Source: Devosia sp. (GTDB lineage Bacteria > Pseudomonadota > Alphaproteobacteria > Rhizobiales > Devosiaceae). Taken from it: a DNA stretch of 37,963 bases. Positions 25,961 to 35,650 of this stretch are shown piece after piece. The notes beneath the pieces are model-generated. The model worked only from the letters and a program-made list of their open reading frames with translations. It had not been told where the DNA came from and made no database searches. The stretch lies in NCBI GenBank assembly GCA_040007135.1, contig JBDTVO010000001.1:1-37963 (forward strand), in the 5' to 3' direction. Each line of letters opens with the position of its first letter. Position 1 is the first letter of the stretch. A program made the translations under genes and the position numbers.

Positions 25961-26827
25961 GTGCTGAACTGGGGCAATTTCGTCTCCCAGCTCTTCAACG
26001 GGCTCGTGTCGGGTGCTTTGCTGGCGCTCATCAGCGCCGGGCTGACCATCGTATATGGGACGCTGGGAGTGCTCAACCTCGCGCACGGGGCGCTGTTCAT
26101 GCTCGGCGGCTATGCCGGGTTCGTCGCGTATCAGGCGACCGGCAGCTTCGTTGTCGCGGTGGTGGTTGGAGCCCTGTTTGTCGGCCTCGTCGGCGTCGTG
26201 CTTGAGCGGCTGATCGTTCGCTTCTTCTATGCCCGACCGGAGGAAGACCAGATCCTCGTGACCTTCGGCGTCGGCATCGTCATTGTCGAGCTGGTCCGCT
26301 ACGGTTTCGGCAGCCTGTCGCAAAGTGTGCAGGCGCCGGTGCTGGTGAGCCCGATCGTCAATCTGGGCTTTGCCATCTATCCCGAATACCGCCTGCTGGC
26401 CTTTGCCATCGTGGCGGTGGCGCTGGCGATCCTCTATTTCGTCCTCTACCGGACCCGGCTGGGCATGGTGGTGCGCGCCGGGATCGAGGATTCCCAGATG
26501 GTCGACATGCTGGGCATCAACGTGCAGCGCATCTTCATGCTGGTGTTCGGCATCGGCGCCATGGCGGCGGGTTTCGCCGGCATCATCAACGCTCCGATCA
26601 TTTCCGTGACGCCCAACGTCGGCGACGACATCCTGATCGAGTGTTTCGTGGTCGTGGTGATCGGCGGGGTCGGCTCATTCCCTGGCGCCATCGTCGGCGG
26701 CATCATCGCCGGTGAGATCATGAGCCTCACCTCGATGTTCAATCCGCAACTGAGCCAGGTGATGCTGTTCGCGGCGATGACGCTGGTGCTCGTTACAAGG
26801 CCGCAGGGCCTGTTCGGGACGAGGTGA
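25961..26827 (+). CDS. Branched-chain amino acid-type ABC permease (LivH-like)
   Basis: GTG start, QLFNGL..G..LALISAGLTIVYG...LNLAHG and VVVIGGVGS. Confidence 0.94.
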   Translation: MLNWGNFVSQLFNGLVSGALLALISAGLTIVYGTLGVLNLAHGALFMLGGYAGFVAYQATGSFVVAVVVGALFVGLVGVVLERLIVRFFYARPEEDQILVTFGVGIVIVELVRYGFGSLSQSVQAPVLVSPIVNLGFAIYPEYRLLAFAIVAVALAILYFVLYRTRLGMVVRAGIEDSQMVDMLGINVQRIFMLVFGIGAMAAGFAGIINAPIISVTPNVGDDILIECFVVVVIGGVGSFPGAIVGGIIAGEIMSLTSMFNPQLSQVMLFAAMTLVLVTRPQGLFGTR

Positions 26828-26834
26828 GGCCGCA

Positions 26835-28655
26835 GTGACCGCTCCTCCGCGCCGGCGTTTCCGCTACCTCGCCGAACTCGTCCTCGCGCTCGTCCTCGTC
26901 GTCGCGCCATTCACGCTGCCCTATATCGGCGGCAATTCAGACACGCTGAGCCGCATCCTGATCTGGGGCCTGTTCGGCCTTGGCTTCGACCTGATCTTCG
27001 GCTTCACCGGACTGCTCAGCTTCGGGCAGGCGGCGTTCTACGGGTCAGGTGGGTTCATCTCGTCCTATCTGCTTGTGTCGCACACCATCCCAAACGTGTT
27101 CCTGGCGCTGCTCATCGGGCTGGTCGGCGCAGCGCTGATCGGGCTCGTGGTCGGGATGCTGGCGCTGCGGCGCTCCGGCATCTATTTCGCGATGATCACC
27201 GTGGCGTTCGGCGAGATGTTCTTCTTTCTCGAGAACTCGGCGCTTTACCCGTGGACCGGCGGCGAGAACGGACTGCCCAATGTGCCCAAGCCGCGCATCA
27301 CCCTGCCCGGCTTCGACTTTTCGTTCAGCGACCCATGGGCCATGTATGGGCTGCTCGCGGTGCTATTCTTCGTCGGCTACGTGATTGCCCGGCGGATCGT
27401 TGCCTCGCCGTTCGGACACGTGCTGACGGCGATCCGCGACAACCCGACGCGCGCCCAGGCGGTGGGGCATCGCATCCAGCGCTACAAGCTCAGCGTGTTC
27501 GTCATCGCCGCGGCCTATGCAGGCCTTGCCGGCGGACTCGAGGGCACGCTGCAAAGCTACATGTCTCCCGAGGCCTTTACCTTCGAGACGTCGGGCCAGC
27601 TGGTGATGCAGACGGTGATCGGCGGCGCCGGCACGCTGCTCGGACCGCTGGTCGGCGGGGCGCTGTGGCTTTACCTGCGCAACGAGCTGCAGTCGGCCCT
27701 GAGCCTTGGTGCGGCGTGGAAGCTGGTGCTGGGCGTCGTCTTCGTCATCCTTATCATGTTCCTCCGCCGCGGCATCGTCGGCGGCATCGCGGACCTCTGG
27801 CACATGGTGCGGCCACGGCGCGAAGACATTGCGCCGCCGATGCTTTCGGAGGCGGAGGAAGAGGTGGCGGCGACGCCGCACCGGCCGCCGCCCAACAGCG
27901 AGAGGATCGCGATCGAAACGCGGGGCCTTGGCAAGCGCTATGGCGGCATTGTCGCCAACGAGGATGTGACCTTCGTCGTGCACGAGGGTGAGATTCGTGG
28001 CCTCATCGGGCCGAACGGGGCGGGCAAGAGCACATTCTTCAAGATGCTGACGGGCGAGGTGCGTCCGAGCTCGGGCGAAATCTTCCTCTTCGGGCAGGAC
28101 GTGACCAAGCTCGACGTCACAGCGGTGTGCCAGCTCGGCGTCGCGAAGAGCTACCAGATCAACCAACTGTTTCCGAAGCTGACGGTGCGGCGAAACCTGA
28201 TGATCTCGGCGCTATCGCGAGCCCGCGGCGATTTCCGCCTGGACCTGTTCCGCCACGTCGACAGCATGGACGAGCTCAACGCCGATATCGACGAAACGCT
28301 GCGCCTGCTCAACCTGACGGGGCGCGCCGACGTACCGGTGTCCGCCCTCGCCTATGGCGAAAAGCGGCGGCTCGAGATCGGCCTCGCGCTCGGCACCGAC
28401 CCGAAGATCCTGCTGCTCGACGAGCCGCTGGCCGGCATGAGTCCGCAAGAGCGAGCCGACACCGTCAAGCTTTTGAAGCAGCTCGCCATCGGGCGGACGC
28501 TGGTAGTGGTCGAGCACGACATGGATGCGCTCTTCGACATGGCGGACAGGGTGACCGTGCTGGCGCAGGGGCGGATACTGGCCGAGGGCACTCCTGCTGA
28601 GGTGCAGGGTAGCGCCGCAGTGCAGGACGCCTATCTCGGGGGTGTCCACACGTGA
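26835..28655 (+). CDS. Fused ABC permease/ATPase (LivM-LivG-like)
   Basis: GFTGLLSFGQAAF and TGGENGL permease motifs followed in frame by GPNGAGKS, LAYGEKRR and LLLDEP. Confidence 0.93.
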   Translation: MTAPPRRRFRYLAELVLALVLVVAPFTLPYIGGNSDTLSRILIWGLFGLGFDLIFGFTGLLSFGQAAFYGSGGFISSYLLVSHTIPNVFLALLIGLVGAALIGLVVGMLALRRSGIYFAMITVAFGEMFFFLENSALYPWTGGENGLPNVPKPRITLPGFDFSFSDPWAMYGLLAVLFFVGYVIARRIVASPFGHVLTAIRDNPTRAQAVGHRIQRYKLSVFVIAAAYAGLAGGLEGTLQSYMSPEAFTFETSGQLVMQTVIGGAGTLLGPLVGGALWLYLRNELQSALSLGAAWKLVLGVVFVILIMFLRRGIVGGIADLWHMVRPRREDIAPPMLSEAEEEVAATPHRPPPNSERIAIETRGLGKRYGGIVANEDVTFVVHEGEIRGLIGPNGAGKSTFFKMLTGEVRPSSGEIFLFGQDVTKLDVTAVCQLGVAKSYQINQLFPKLTVRRNLMISALSRARGDFRLDLFRHVDSMDELNADIDETLRLLNLTGRADVPVSALAYGEKRRLEIGLALGTDPKILLLDEPLAGMSPQERADTVKLLKQLAIGRTLVVVEHDMDALFDMADRVTVLAQGRILAEGTPAEVQGSAAVQDAYLGGVHT

Positions 28656-29350
28656 GCTACCTCGAGGTCGACAAGCTCAATAGCTACTACGGCGACTCGC
28701 ACATCCTGTTCGACGTGTCGCTGCGGCTCGAGCAACGCGACGTCGTGGCACTGCTCGGCCGCAACGGCGCGGGCAAGAGCACGACGCTGAAGTCGCTGAT
28801 GGGGGCAGTCGAGGCACGTACGGGCAGCATCACGCTCGAGGGCCGCGAGTTGCGCGGTTCCAAATCGCACACGATCGCCAACGCCGGGCTGCAACTGGTG
28901 CCGGAGGAGCGGCGCATTTTCGGCGGGCTCAGCGTCGAGGAGAACATCATTCTCGCTGGCCTGACGGCGAAACCCGCCTGGCCGCTGGAGCGGGTGTACG
29001 ACATGTTCCCCAGGCTCAAGGAACGCCGCAGCAGCCGCGGCACCGACCTCAGCGGCGGTGAGCAGCAGATGCTGGCGATCGCACGTGCATTGACACGCAA
29101 TCCGAAGGTGCTGCTGCTCGACGAGCCGTTCGAGGGACTGGCGCCGATCATCGTGCGCGACCTGCTGGCGATCTGCGAACGGCTGGCGAAGGAGGGCCAG
29201 ACGATCATCATCGTCGAGCAGAATCTCGCCGCGGCGCTGTCGATCGCGAGCCGCGCCTATATTCTCAACAACGGACACGTGGTGTTCGACGGCACCAGCG
29301 CGCAGCTGCAGGCGTCGCCGGAAATCCTCAGCCGCTACGTCGGCGTCTAG
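28652..29350 (+). CDS. ABC ATP-binding protein (LivF-like)
   Basis: GTGA overlap with the upstream gene, GRNGAGKS, VPEERRIF, LSGGEQQMLA and LLLDEP. Confidence 0.94.
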   Translation: MSYLEVDKLNSYYGDSHILFDVSLRLEQRDVVALLGRNGAGKSTTLKSLMGAVEARTGSITLEGRELRGSKSHTIANAGLQLVPEERRIFGGLSVEENIILAGLTAKPAWPLERVYDMFPRLKERRSSRGTDLSGGEQQMLAIARALTRNPKVLLLDEPFEGLAPIIVRDLLAICERLAKEGQTIIIVEQNLAAALSIASRAYILNNGHVVFDGTSAQLQASPEILSRYVGV

Positions 29351-30027
29351 TCGTCCGAGGCGAGCCAGCCCTGCAGGTCATGCAGGCTCTTGCCGATGCC
29401 GTCGGGCTCGACGCCCAGCCGCTCCACCGGCGCGCCGGCGCGATTGACCCAGAAGGTGCGGAACCCGAAGCTCGCGGCGCCGGCCACGTCCCAGCCGTTG
29501 GAGGACACAAGCAGCAGCTCCGATGGGGCTGCGCCGAAATGGTCAGCCGCGGTCTGGTAGGCCGCAGGTGACGGCTTGAACCGGCGCGCCGCGTCGACGC
29601 TGAGGAGCGCCGCGAAATGCTGCCGAAGACCGGCATTGGTGAAGGCCGCCTCAAGCAGCGCCGGCGTGCCATTGGAGAGGACGGCCAGCGCCGGGCCGGT
29701 GGATGCACGGAGCGCCTCGAGCGCCGGGGCGGCGTCGGCGAAGGCGGTGAGATGTTCGTACTGGGATAGCAGCCGGGCACGATCCGGCCCCGACAGCGAT
29801 AGACCGAGCGACCGCAGTGCGTAGTCGAGTGCGTCGGCGGTCACCTGCGCGAAGTCCTCGTAGCGGTCCGAGCGCGTGCGCAGCCAAGTGTACTGGAGCT
29901 GCTTGTCGCGCCACAGCCGGCTGAGGGCAACGCTCGAGCCGGGCAGCAATTGCTCGGCGAGGTCGCTGACGCTGAGAACATCGAGCAGCGTGCCGTAGGC
30001 ATCAAAGAGAATGGCGGCGAGCTTCAT
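29347..30027 (-). CDS. Haloacid dehalogenase type II (L-2-haloacid dehalogenase family)
   Basis: FDAYGTLLD, WRDKQLQYTW, LSNG, FKPSP..Y and VSSNGWDVAGA motifs. Confidence 0.92.
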   Translation of the reverse strand: MKLAAILFDAYGTLLDVLSVSDLAEQLLPGSSVALSRLWRDKQLQYTWLRTRSDRYEDFAQVTADALDYALRSLGLSLSGPDRARLLSQYEHLTAFADAAPALEALRASTGPALAVLSNGTPALLEAAFTNAGLRQHFAALLSVDAARRFKPSPAAYQTAADHFGAAPSELLLVSSNGWDVAGAASFGFRTFWVNRAGAPVERLGVEPDGIGKSLHDLQGWLASDD

Positions 30028-30102
30028 GGATACCGTTATGGCCGGGACGACGCGCAGGGCCCAAGCCTAGCCCGTCTCCAGCCAAGGGCCACTAGCGAAG
30101 TC

Positions 30103-30133
30103 ATTTTTGAATTCCATTTGACTGATTAAATAT
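30103..30133. promoter_or_regulatory. AT-rich divergent promoter region, possible ROK operator
   Basis: ATTTTTGAATTCCATTTGACTGATTAAATAT, an AT island with imperfect dyad symmetry and a TTGACT hexamer upstream of the ROK gene. Confidence 0.4.
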
Positions 30134-30169
30134 GGGGTGCAAAGCTTACGATCGACCGGAGGCTTTCGC

Positions 30170-31342
30170 ATGGGGCTGCGCGGGACGAACCAAGAGTCGG
30201 CGCGACCGTACAACCGGCGCATCGTGCTTGAATCCATCCGGCTGAATGCGCCCACGACTCGGGCCGATATTGCCCGGCGCGTCGGTCTCACGGTGCAGAC
30301 CGTTTCCACCATCATCCGCGAGCTGCAGGACCAGGACTACGTGCTGTCGTCGCGCGCCGAGCCGACACGGCGCGGCCTGCCGCCGGCGAGCCTCAGGATC
30401 AATCCCGATGGCGGCTATGCCGTCGGCGTGCATGTCACGCCGCTGGGGATCGACGCCGGGCTCATCAATCTGGGTGGCGAGGTGATCGATGAACTCCACC
30501 GCGACGCGCCAAGCGCCTCGCCCGACGAGGCCTTCACGCTGATCGGCTCGCTGGTGTCGGATCTGGTCGCACGGCGCCCGAACGGCAGGATCCTCGGAAC
30601 CGGCATGGCCCTGCCCGGCCCGTTCGATGTCGACTCGATGAGCTTCGTCGGTCCGACGACGATGGCCGGATGGAGCAATGTCGCGGTGCGCGAGCGGCTG
30701 GCCGAACGAACGGGGCTGCCGGCATTCATCGAGACCGACATGGCGGCGGCGGCGCTGGGCGAGCGGCTTTACGGGCTCGGAGCGCTCTATTCGGATTTCT
30801 ACTATCTCCATTTCGGCGTCGGGCTGGGGGGCACCATGGTGCACGATGGCACCGTGCTGCGCGGCGCCTGGGGCAATGCCGGCGAGATCGGCCATATCGT
30901 TGCGATCCCCGATGGTGAGCCTTGCCACTGCGGCAATGCCGGCTGCCTCGAGCGCTACCTGTCGCTCGACGCCTTCCGGCGCCGTCCACCGGCGATGAGC
31001 GAGACGGCATGGGTCGAGCGGGTGGCGCCGATCTTTCGGAATGCGATCGCCACGATCGAGAACCTGTTTGACCCACAGACCATCGTCTTGGGCGGGCTGG
31101 CGCCGCCGAGCCTGATGCGCCAGCTCGAAGCGACGGCGGCGACACTGCCCCATTCGGTTTCGGCCCGGCGCAACCGGACCAGCCCGCGGCTCATCCTGTC
31201 GCGGGCGGGACAGCATTCAGTGCTGCGCGGCGCCGCGGCATTGGCGATCGCCGGCGTATTGTCGCCGCGTATCGACCAGATGTTCGCGCCCGAGCGCGAG
31301 CGCGCGCCCGATCTGGTGGTCCAGGGAGGCGTAGCGGCATGA
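30170..31342 (+). CDS. ROK family transcriptional regulator
   Basis: ATG at 30170 with GGAGG SD. HTH TRADIARRVGLTVQTVSTII and the ROK Zn motif GNAGEIGH...CHCGNAGCLE. Confidence 0.94.
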   Translation: MGLRGTNQESARPYNRRIVLESIRLNAPTTRADIARRVGLTVQTVSTIIRELQDQDYVLSSRAEPTRRGLPPASLRINPDGGYAVGVHVTPLGIDAGLINLGGEVIDELHRDAPSASPDEAFTLIGSLVSDLVARRPNGRILGTGMALPGPFDVDSMSFVGPTTMAGWSNVAVRERLAERTGLPAFIETDMAAAALGERLYGLGALYSDFYYLHFGVGLGGTMVHDGTVLRGAWGNAGEIGHIVAIPDGEPCHCGNAGCLERYLSLDAFRRRPPAMSETAWVERVAPIFRNAIATIENLFDPQTIVLGGLAPPSLMRQLEATAATLPHSVSARRNRTSPRLILSRAGQHSVLRGAAALAIAGVLSPRIDQMFAPERERAPDLVVQGGVAA

Positions 31343-32118
31343 GCGAAGCGCTGCTGGTGCTCGACAACATCACCAAGAACTACGGCGCCATCGAAGCGCT
31401 CAAGGGCATCTCATTCTCGATCGGCAAGGGCGAAGTGGTGGCGCTTCTGGGCGACAATGGCGCCGGCAAGTCGACGCTGGTCAAGATCATCGCCGGTGGG
31501 CTCGAGCCCAGTTCCGGGCGCATGCTGTTCGAGGGGCGCGAGTTCCTCGCCAAATCCCCCGCCGAGGCCAAGGACGCCGGTATCGAGACGGTCTACCAGG
31601 ACCTGTCGCTGTGCACCAATGTCGATGTCGTCGCCAATTTCTTCATGGGCCGCGAAATCACCAAGAGAGTGCTCGGCATCCCGATCCTGCAGGAGCGCGA
31701 GATGGAGGCGGTGGTGGCCAAGGCAATGGCCAATGCCGGCACCAAGATTCCGTCGCTGCGCAGCAAGGTCGAGCACTTGTCCGGTGGCCAGCGGCAAGCG
31801 ATCGAGCTCAATCGCTTCGTCCACTGGGGCGGCAAGCTGGTGCTGCTTGACGAGCCGTTTGCGGCGCTGGGCGTCGAGCAGACACGGCGCGGTCTCGACA
31901 TGATCCGCCAGATCGCCAGCCGGGGGATCGGCGTCATCATCATTACGCATATCATGCAGCAGGCATTCCAGGTGGCCGACCGGATCGTGGTGATCCGGCA
32001 GGGCGTCGTCGCCGGAGATGTGGCGCGTGAAAATACCAGCCCCGATGCGGTGATCAACATGATCACCGGGGAAACCCTCGCCGGCGCCGGACCGGCAGGC
32101 GGGTCGGCGGTCGCATGA
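31339..32118 (+). CDS. Sugar ABC transporter ATP-binding protein (single NBD)
   Basis: [27 protein letters not shown] and IITH. Confidence 0.94.
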   Translation: MSEALLVLDNITKNYGAIEALKGISFSIGKGEVVALLGDNGAGKSTLVKIIAGGLEPSSGRMLFEGREFLAKSPAEAKDAGIETVYQDLSLCTNVDVVANFFMGREITKRVLGIPILQEREMEAVVAKAMANAGTKIPSLRSKVEHLSGGQRQAIELNRFVHWGGKLVLLDEPFAALGVEQTRRGLDMIRQIASRGIGVIIITHIMQQAFQVADRIVVIRQGVVAGDVARENTSPDAVINMITGETLAGAGPAGGSAVA

Positions 32119-32144
32119 AGTCCGGTACAACAGGAGCGAACGAG

Positions 32145-33185
32145 ATGAAGAGAATCCTTCTAGCCTTGTTCGGCGTCGCCGCATTGGCCATGGCCATGCT
32201 GACGCCGGCCTTCGCCCAGTCCAAGGGCACCGTGTACTACCTCGTGCCGACGCTGCTCGACGAGTTCCAGACCGGCTCGATCACCGCGCTCGAGCTGTTT
32301 CTCAAGCAGGTCGGCTACGACATGAAGACGCTCAACGCCGACAACAAGACCGACGCTCAGCAGAGCCAGATGAACGACACCATTGCGCTGAAGCCAGCGG
32401 CGATCATTCTCGCCGCAGTGGATTTCAACGCGCTGAAACCGTCGATTGAAGCGGCGATGGCCGCGGGCATCCCGGTGGTCGAGTTCGATCGGCAGATCAC
32501 GTCGACACCGTCGGCGTTCACGTCGGTCGCCGGCACCGTGGAAATCGGCTACGTCGCCGCTGCCTCGGCCGAAAAGCTGCTCACCGCGAAGTACGGCTCG
32601 GTAAAGGGCAAGGTGCTGCAGATCCTCGGCGACCCCGGCGATCCCTATACCCTCGATATCCAGAAGGGGTTCGAGGAAAAGCTGGCGGCGTTCCCGGACG
32701 TCAAGATCATCTCGGTTCCGGCTATGGGCTGGGCCGCCGATGCTGCCGGCACGATCGCCAACGACCAGCTGGTCGCCAACCCCGATATCGATCTCATCTT
32801 CTCGCATGCCGCGCATCTGTCGGTTGCCGTCGTCGCCTCGCTCGAGGCGGCCGGCAAGAAGCCGGGTGACATCATGTTGATGAGCTCGAACGGTGCGCCA
32901 GTCGGTCTCGATCTGATCCGCAAGGGCTGGCTCAATGTCGAAGTCGAGCAGCCGCTCTACGCTCAGGCGGCGGCCGTCGCCATGTTCATGGACAGGATCG
33001 TCGCGCACCAGGAGATCAAGGCAGGCGAGTACGACGTCCTCGGTCTCAAGGGCGTGGTGACGATCGAGGCCTGGGGTCCCAACATCAAGGTACCGGGCAC
33101 CGCGATCGACAAGGACAACGTCGACAACCCGGCGTTCTGGGGCAACATGAAAGCCCCGTCCGGAACGGTCACCTCCGTTCCGTAA
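32145..33185 (+). CDS. Sugar ABC transporter substrate-binding protein (RbsB-like)
   Basis: ATG at 32145 with AGGAG SD, signal peptide ending AFA, and [18 protein letters not shown]. Confidence 0.92.
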   Translation: MKRILLALFGVAALAMAMLTPAFAQSKGTVYYLVPTLLDEFQTGSITALELFLKQVGYDMKTLNADNKTDAQQSQMNDTIALKPAAIILAAVDFNALKPSIEAAMAAGIPVVEFDRQITSTPSAFTSVAGTVEIGYVAAASAEKLLTAKYGSVKGKVLQILGDPGDPYTLDIQKGFEEKLAAFPDVKIISVPAMGWAADAAGTIANDQLVANPDIDLIFSHAAHLSVAVVASLEAAGKKPGDIMLMSSNGAPVGLDLIRKGWLNVEVEQPLYAQAAAVAMFMDRIVAHQEIKAGEYDVLGLKGVVTIEAWGPNIKVPGTAIDKDNVDNPAFWGNMKAPSGTVTSVP

Positions 33186-33196
33186 CGCCACAACCG

Positions 33197-33220
33197 CCCG
33201 GGCGCCGCGAGGTGCCCGGG
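33197..33220 (+). terminator. Intercistronic GNRA hairpin after the SBP gene
   Basis: CCCGGGCGCC-GCGA-GGTGCCCGGG, a 10-bp stem with no U tail. Confidence 0.55.
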
Positions 33221-33241
33221 ATCCTTCCGGGAGCCCAGCGC

Positions 33242-34237
33242 GTGACACCCCGCAATCGCCGTTTGCTCGAGTTCACACTCGACAATCTGGTCTGGCTGAT
33301 GCTGCTGGTCGTACTGGCAGCGTTCTCGCTGACCATTCCCAACTATTTCCAGATCAACATCTTCACCAACATCATCGAGGCCTCGAGCGTGCTCGGGGTG
33401 ATGTCGATCGGGTTGGCACTGGTGATCATCGCCGGGCATATGGATCTGTCGGTCGAGTCGGTGGCGGCGCTCAGCGCCATGGTCATGGGCATCATCTTCT
33501 GCTCGGCCGGCATCGGCATCGGCGTGCACCTGACGCCGGACTGGCTGGCAGTCCCCGCCTCGCTGGCTCTGGCGCTCGGCGCTGGCGCGCTGATCGGTGC
33601 GTTCAATGGCTACCTGATCGTCAAGGTAAAGATGAACGCCTTCATCGTCACCCTCGCCTCCTACATCTGGGTACGCGGACTGGTGCTCGCGGTGTCGGGC
33701 GGGCGGTCGGCGCAGGACCTGGCGCCGGCTATCCGGTTCTTCGGGATCCAGCGCGTCATCGGCATTCCGCTGACCGCCTGGATCGCCATTATCTGTTACG
33801 TCGTATTTTCGTTCGTCATGGCGCGCACGCGCTTCGGCCGGCACCTGATCATGATCGGCGGCAACGAGGCAGCAACGTTCCGCGCCGGCATCCGGGTGAG
33901 CCGAATCCTGCTCATCGCCTTCATCCTCGCCGGCGCCATTGCCGGGCTCTCTGGCTGGCTGCTGGCGGTGCGCACCTCCGGCGCCACCGCAAATCTGGGG
34001 ATCGGGCTGTTGTTCAATGCCTTCGCCGCAGTGGTGATCGGCGGCGTCAGCCTCAAGGGCGGCGTCGGCGCCCTGCCGGGAGTGTATGCCGGCGTGCTGC
34101 TGCTGTCGGCGATCAACACCGCGATCAACCTCATGGGCCTCCCCGCCACCTCCACCCAGGTGATCCACGGCCTCTTGGTCCTGGCTGCGGTGCTGCTGGA
34201 CACGTTCAAGCAGACCATTCGCCAGAGGCTCGCGTGA
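33242..34237 (+). CDS. Sugar ABC transporter permease (RbsC-like)
   Basis: GTG at 33242 with GGGAG SD. GHMDLSVES, NAFIVTL, GGNEAA and AAVVIGGVSLKGG motifs. Confidence 0.93.
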   Translation: MTPRNRRLLEFTLDNLVWLMLLVVLAAFSLTIPNYFQINIFTNIIEASSVLGVMSIGLALVIIAGHMDLSVESVAALSAMVMGIIFCSAGIGIGVHLTPDWLAVPASLALALGAGALIGAFNGYLIVKVKMNAFIVTLASYIWVRGLVLAVSGGRSAQDLAPAIRFFGIQRVIGIPLTAWIAIICYVVFSFVMARTRFGRHLIMIGGNEAATFRAGIRVSRILLIAFILAGAIAGLSGWLLAVRTSGATANLGIGLLFNAFAAVVIGGVSLKGGVGALPGVYAGVLLLSAINTAINLMGLPATSTQVIHGLLVLAAVLLDTFKQTIRQRLA

Positions 34238-35016
34238 GCGGACGTCTCGATGGCAAGGTGGCCCTGATCGTCGGGGCCGCCCGCGGCATCGGCAAGGGCA
34301 TTGCCCAGCGGTTCGCCGAAGAGGGTGCGCGGCTGATCCTTGCCGACATCGAGGCCGAGGCCGGAGCGGCGACTGCGCGGGAACTCGACGCGGCTTTCGT
34401 GCGCACCGACATCTCGCAGATGGCCGACGCCGAGGCAGCGGTCAACGTGGCGCTCGAGCACGGGCGGCTCGATATCATGGTGCAGAATGCCGGAATCTAT
34501 CCCTGGCAACTGCTCGAGGACACCAGCCCCGACGACTGGGACCGTGTCATGGCGGTGAATTTGCGCGGCAGCTTCGTTGCCGCACGCGCAGCGCTGGTGC
34601 CAATGAAGCAGCAGGGCAGCGGCCGAATGCTGTTCACCTCCTCGATAACCGGGCCGCACGTCACGAGCCCGGGGCATGGGCACTACTCGGCGACGAAGGC
34701 CGGCATCAACGGGCTGATCCGCGCCGCGGCGCTGGAATTCTCCGGCTATGGCATTACGGTGAACGGGGTGGAGCCGGGCAACATCCTCACCGAAGCGATC
34801 ATGCTCTATCGCGGGCCTGAGTTCATCAAGTCGATGGAGGACGCCATTCCACTGGGCCGGCTGGGCAGCGTTCGCGACGTTGCCAACGCGTTCCTGTTTC
34901 TTGCCTCCGATGACGCCAGCTACATCACGGGCACCACAATCGTCGTCGACGGCGGCCAATTGCTGCCGGAAGGCAACGACTTCAAGCTCGTGCCGCATGA
35001 TCCTCGGACTGAGTGA
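34234..35016 (+). CDS. SDR family NAD(P)-dependent oxidoreductase (FabG-like)
   Basis: GAARGIG, QNAGI, TSS, YSATK, VNGVEPG and VDGG motifs. GTGA overlap with the permease. Confidence 0.93.
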   Translation: MSGRLDGKVALIVGAARGIGKGIAQRFAEEGARLILADIEAEAGAATARELDAAFVRTDISQMADAEAAVNVALEHGRLDIMVQNAGIYPWQLLEDTSPDDWDRVMAVNLRGSFVAARAALVPMKQQGSGRMLFTSSITGPHVTSPGHGHYSATKAGINGLIRAAALEFSGYGITVNGVEPGNILTEAIMLYRGPEFIKSMEDAIPLGRLGSVRDVANAFLFLASDDASYITGTTIVVDGGQLLPEGNDFKLVPHDPRTE

Positions 35017-35650
35017 CGGCTTCCAGATCCGGCAGGCCAGCGAAGCCGACCGCCCGGCACTATCGTCGATCTGCCTGCAGACCGGCGCCGCAGGCGAGGA
35101 TGCTACGGCGCGCGAGGACGACGGCACGCTGCTGGGGCTGATCTTTGCCGTTCCCTATCAGGTGTTCGAGCCCGAACTCGCCTTTGTCCTCGAGGGTCCA
35201 GGCGGGGTTTGCGGCTATGTGCTTGGCGCCCTGGATACCAAGAGCTTCAACGCCCGGCTGGCGGCGGACTGGTATCCGCAGCTACAGCAGCGGATCACCG
35301 CGCCACCGGTAGATCGCGCTCTCTGGAGCGGCAGCGACTGGGCGCGACACCACATCCACCATCCAACGATTGAGATGCCTCGGGCGCTTGCGCCGTATCC
35401 GTCGCACGGTCACATCGACCTCCTGCCGGACGCGCGTGGCCGGGGCTTCGGCCGCGAGCTGATGGGCACGCTCGAGCGCAAGCTGGCGCAACTTGGATCG
35501 CCGGGAATGCATCTGGGTGTCGCGCCCAGTAACGAGCGGGCCCGCGAGTTCTACCGGCGTATCGGCTTTGAGGAGATGCAGGCGCCCGACCTGCCGGAGC
35601 AAACGGTGTACATGGTCAAGCGGCTCGGCGGATCGTCAGCCCGTCCCTAG
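34997..35650 (+). CDS. GNAT family acetyltransferase, resembling the O-GlcNAcase C-terminal HAT-like domain family
   Basis: IRQASEADRPALSSICLQTG, VCGYVLGALDT, YPSHGHIDLLPDARGRGFG and N.RA.EFYRRIGF. Start is uncertain (ATG 34997 overlaps the SDR end). Confidence 0.85.
   Translation: MILGLSDGFQIRQASEADRPALSSICLQTGAAGEDATAREDDGTLLGLIFAVPYQVFEPELAFVLEGPGGVCGYVLGALDTKSFNARLAADWYPQLQQRITAPPVDRALWSGSDWARHHIHHPTIEMPRALAPYPSHGHIDLLPDARGRGFGRELMGTLERKLAQLGSPGMHLGVAPSNERAREFYRRIGFEEMQAPDLPEQTVYMVKRLGGSSARP

Noticed and set aside
26835-28655. LivM-LivG fusion as a novelty
   Set aside because: Permease-ATPase fusions are common in HAAT-family transporters.
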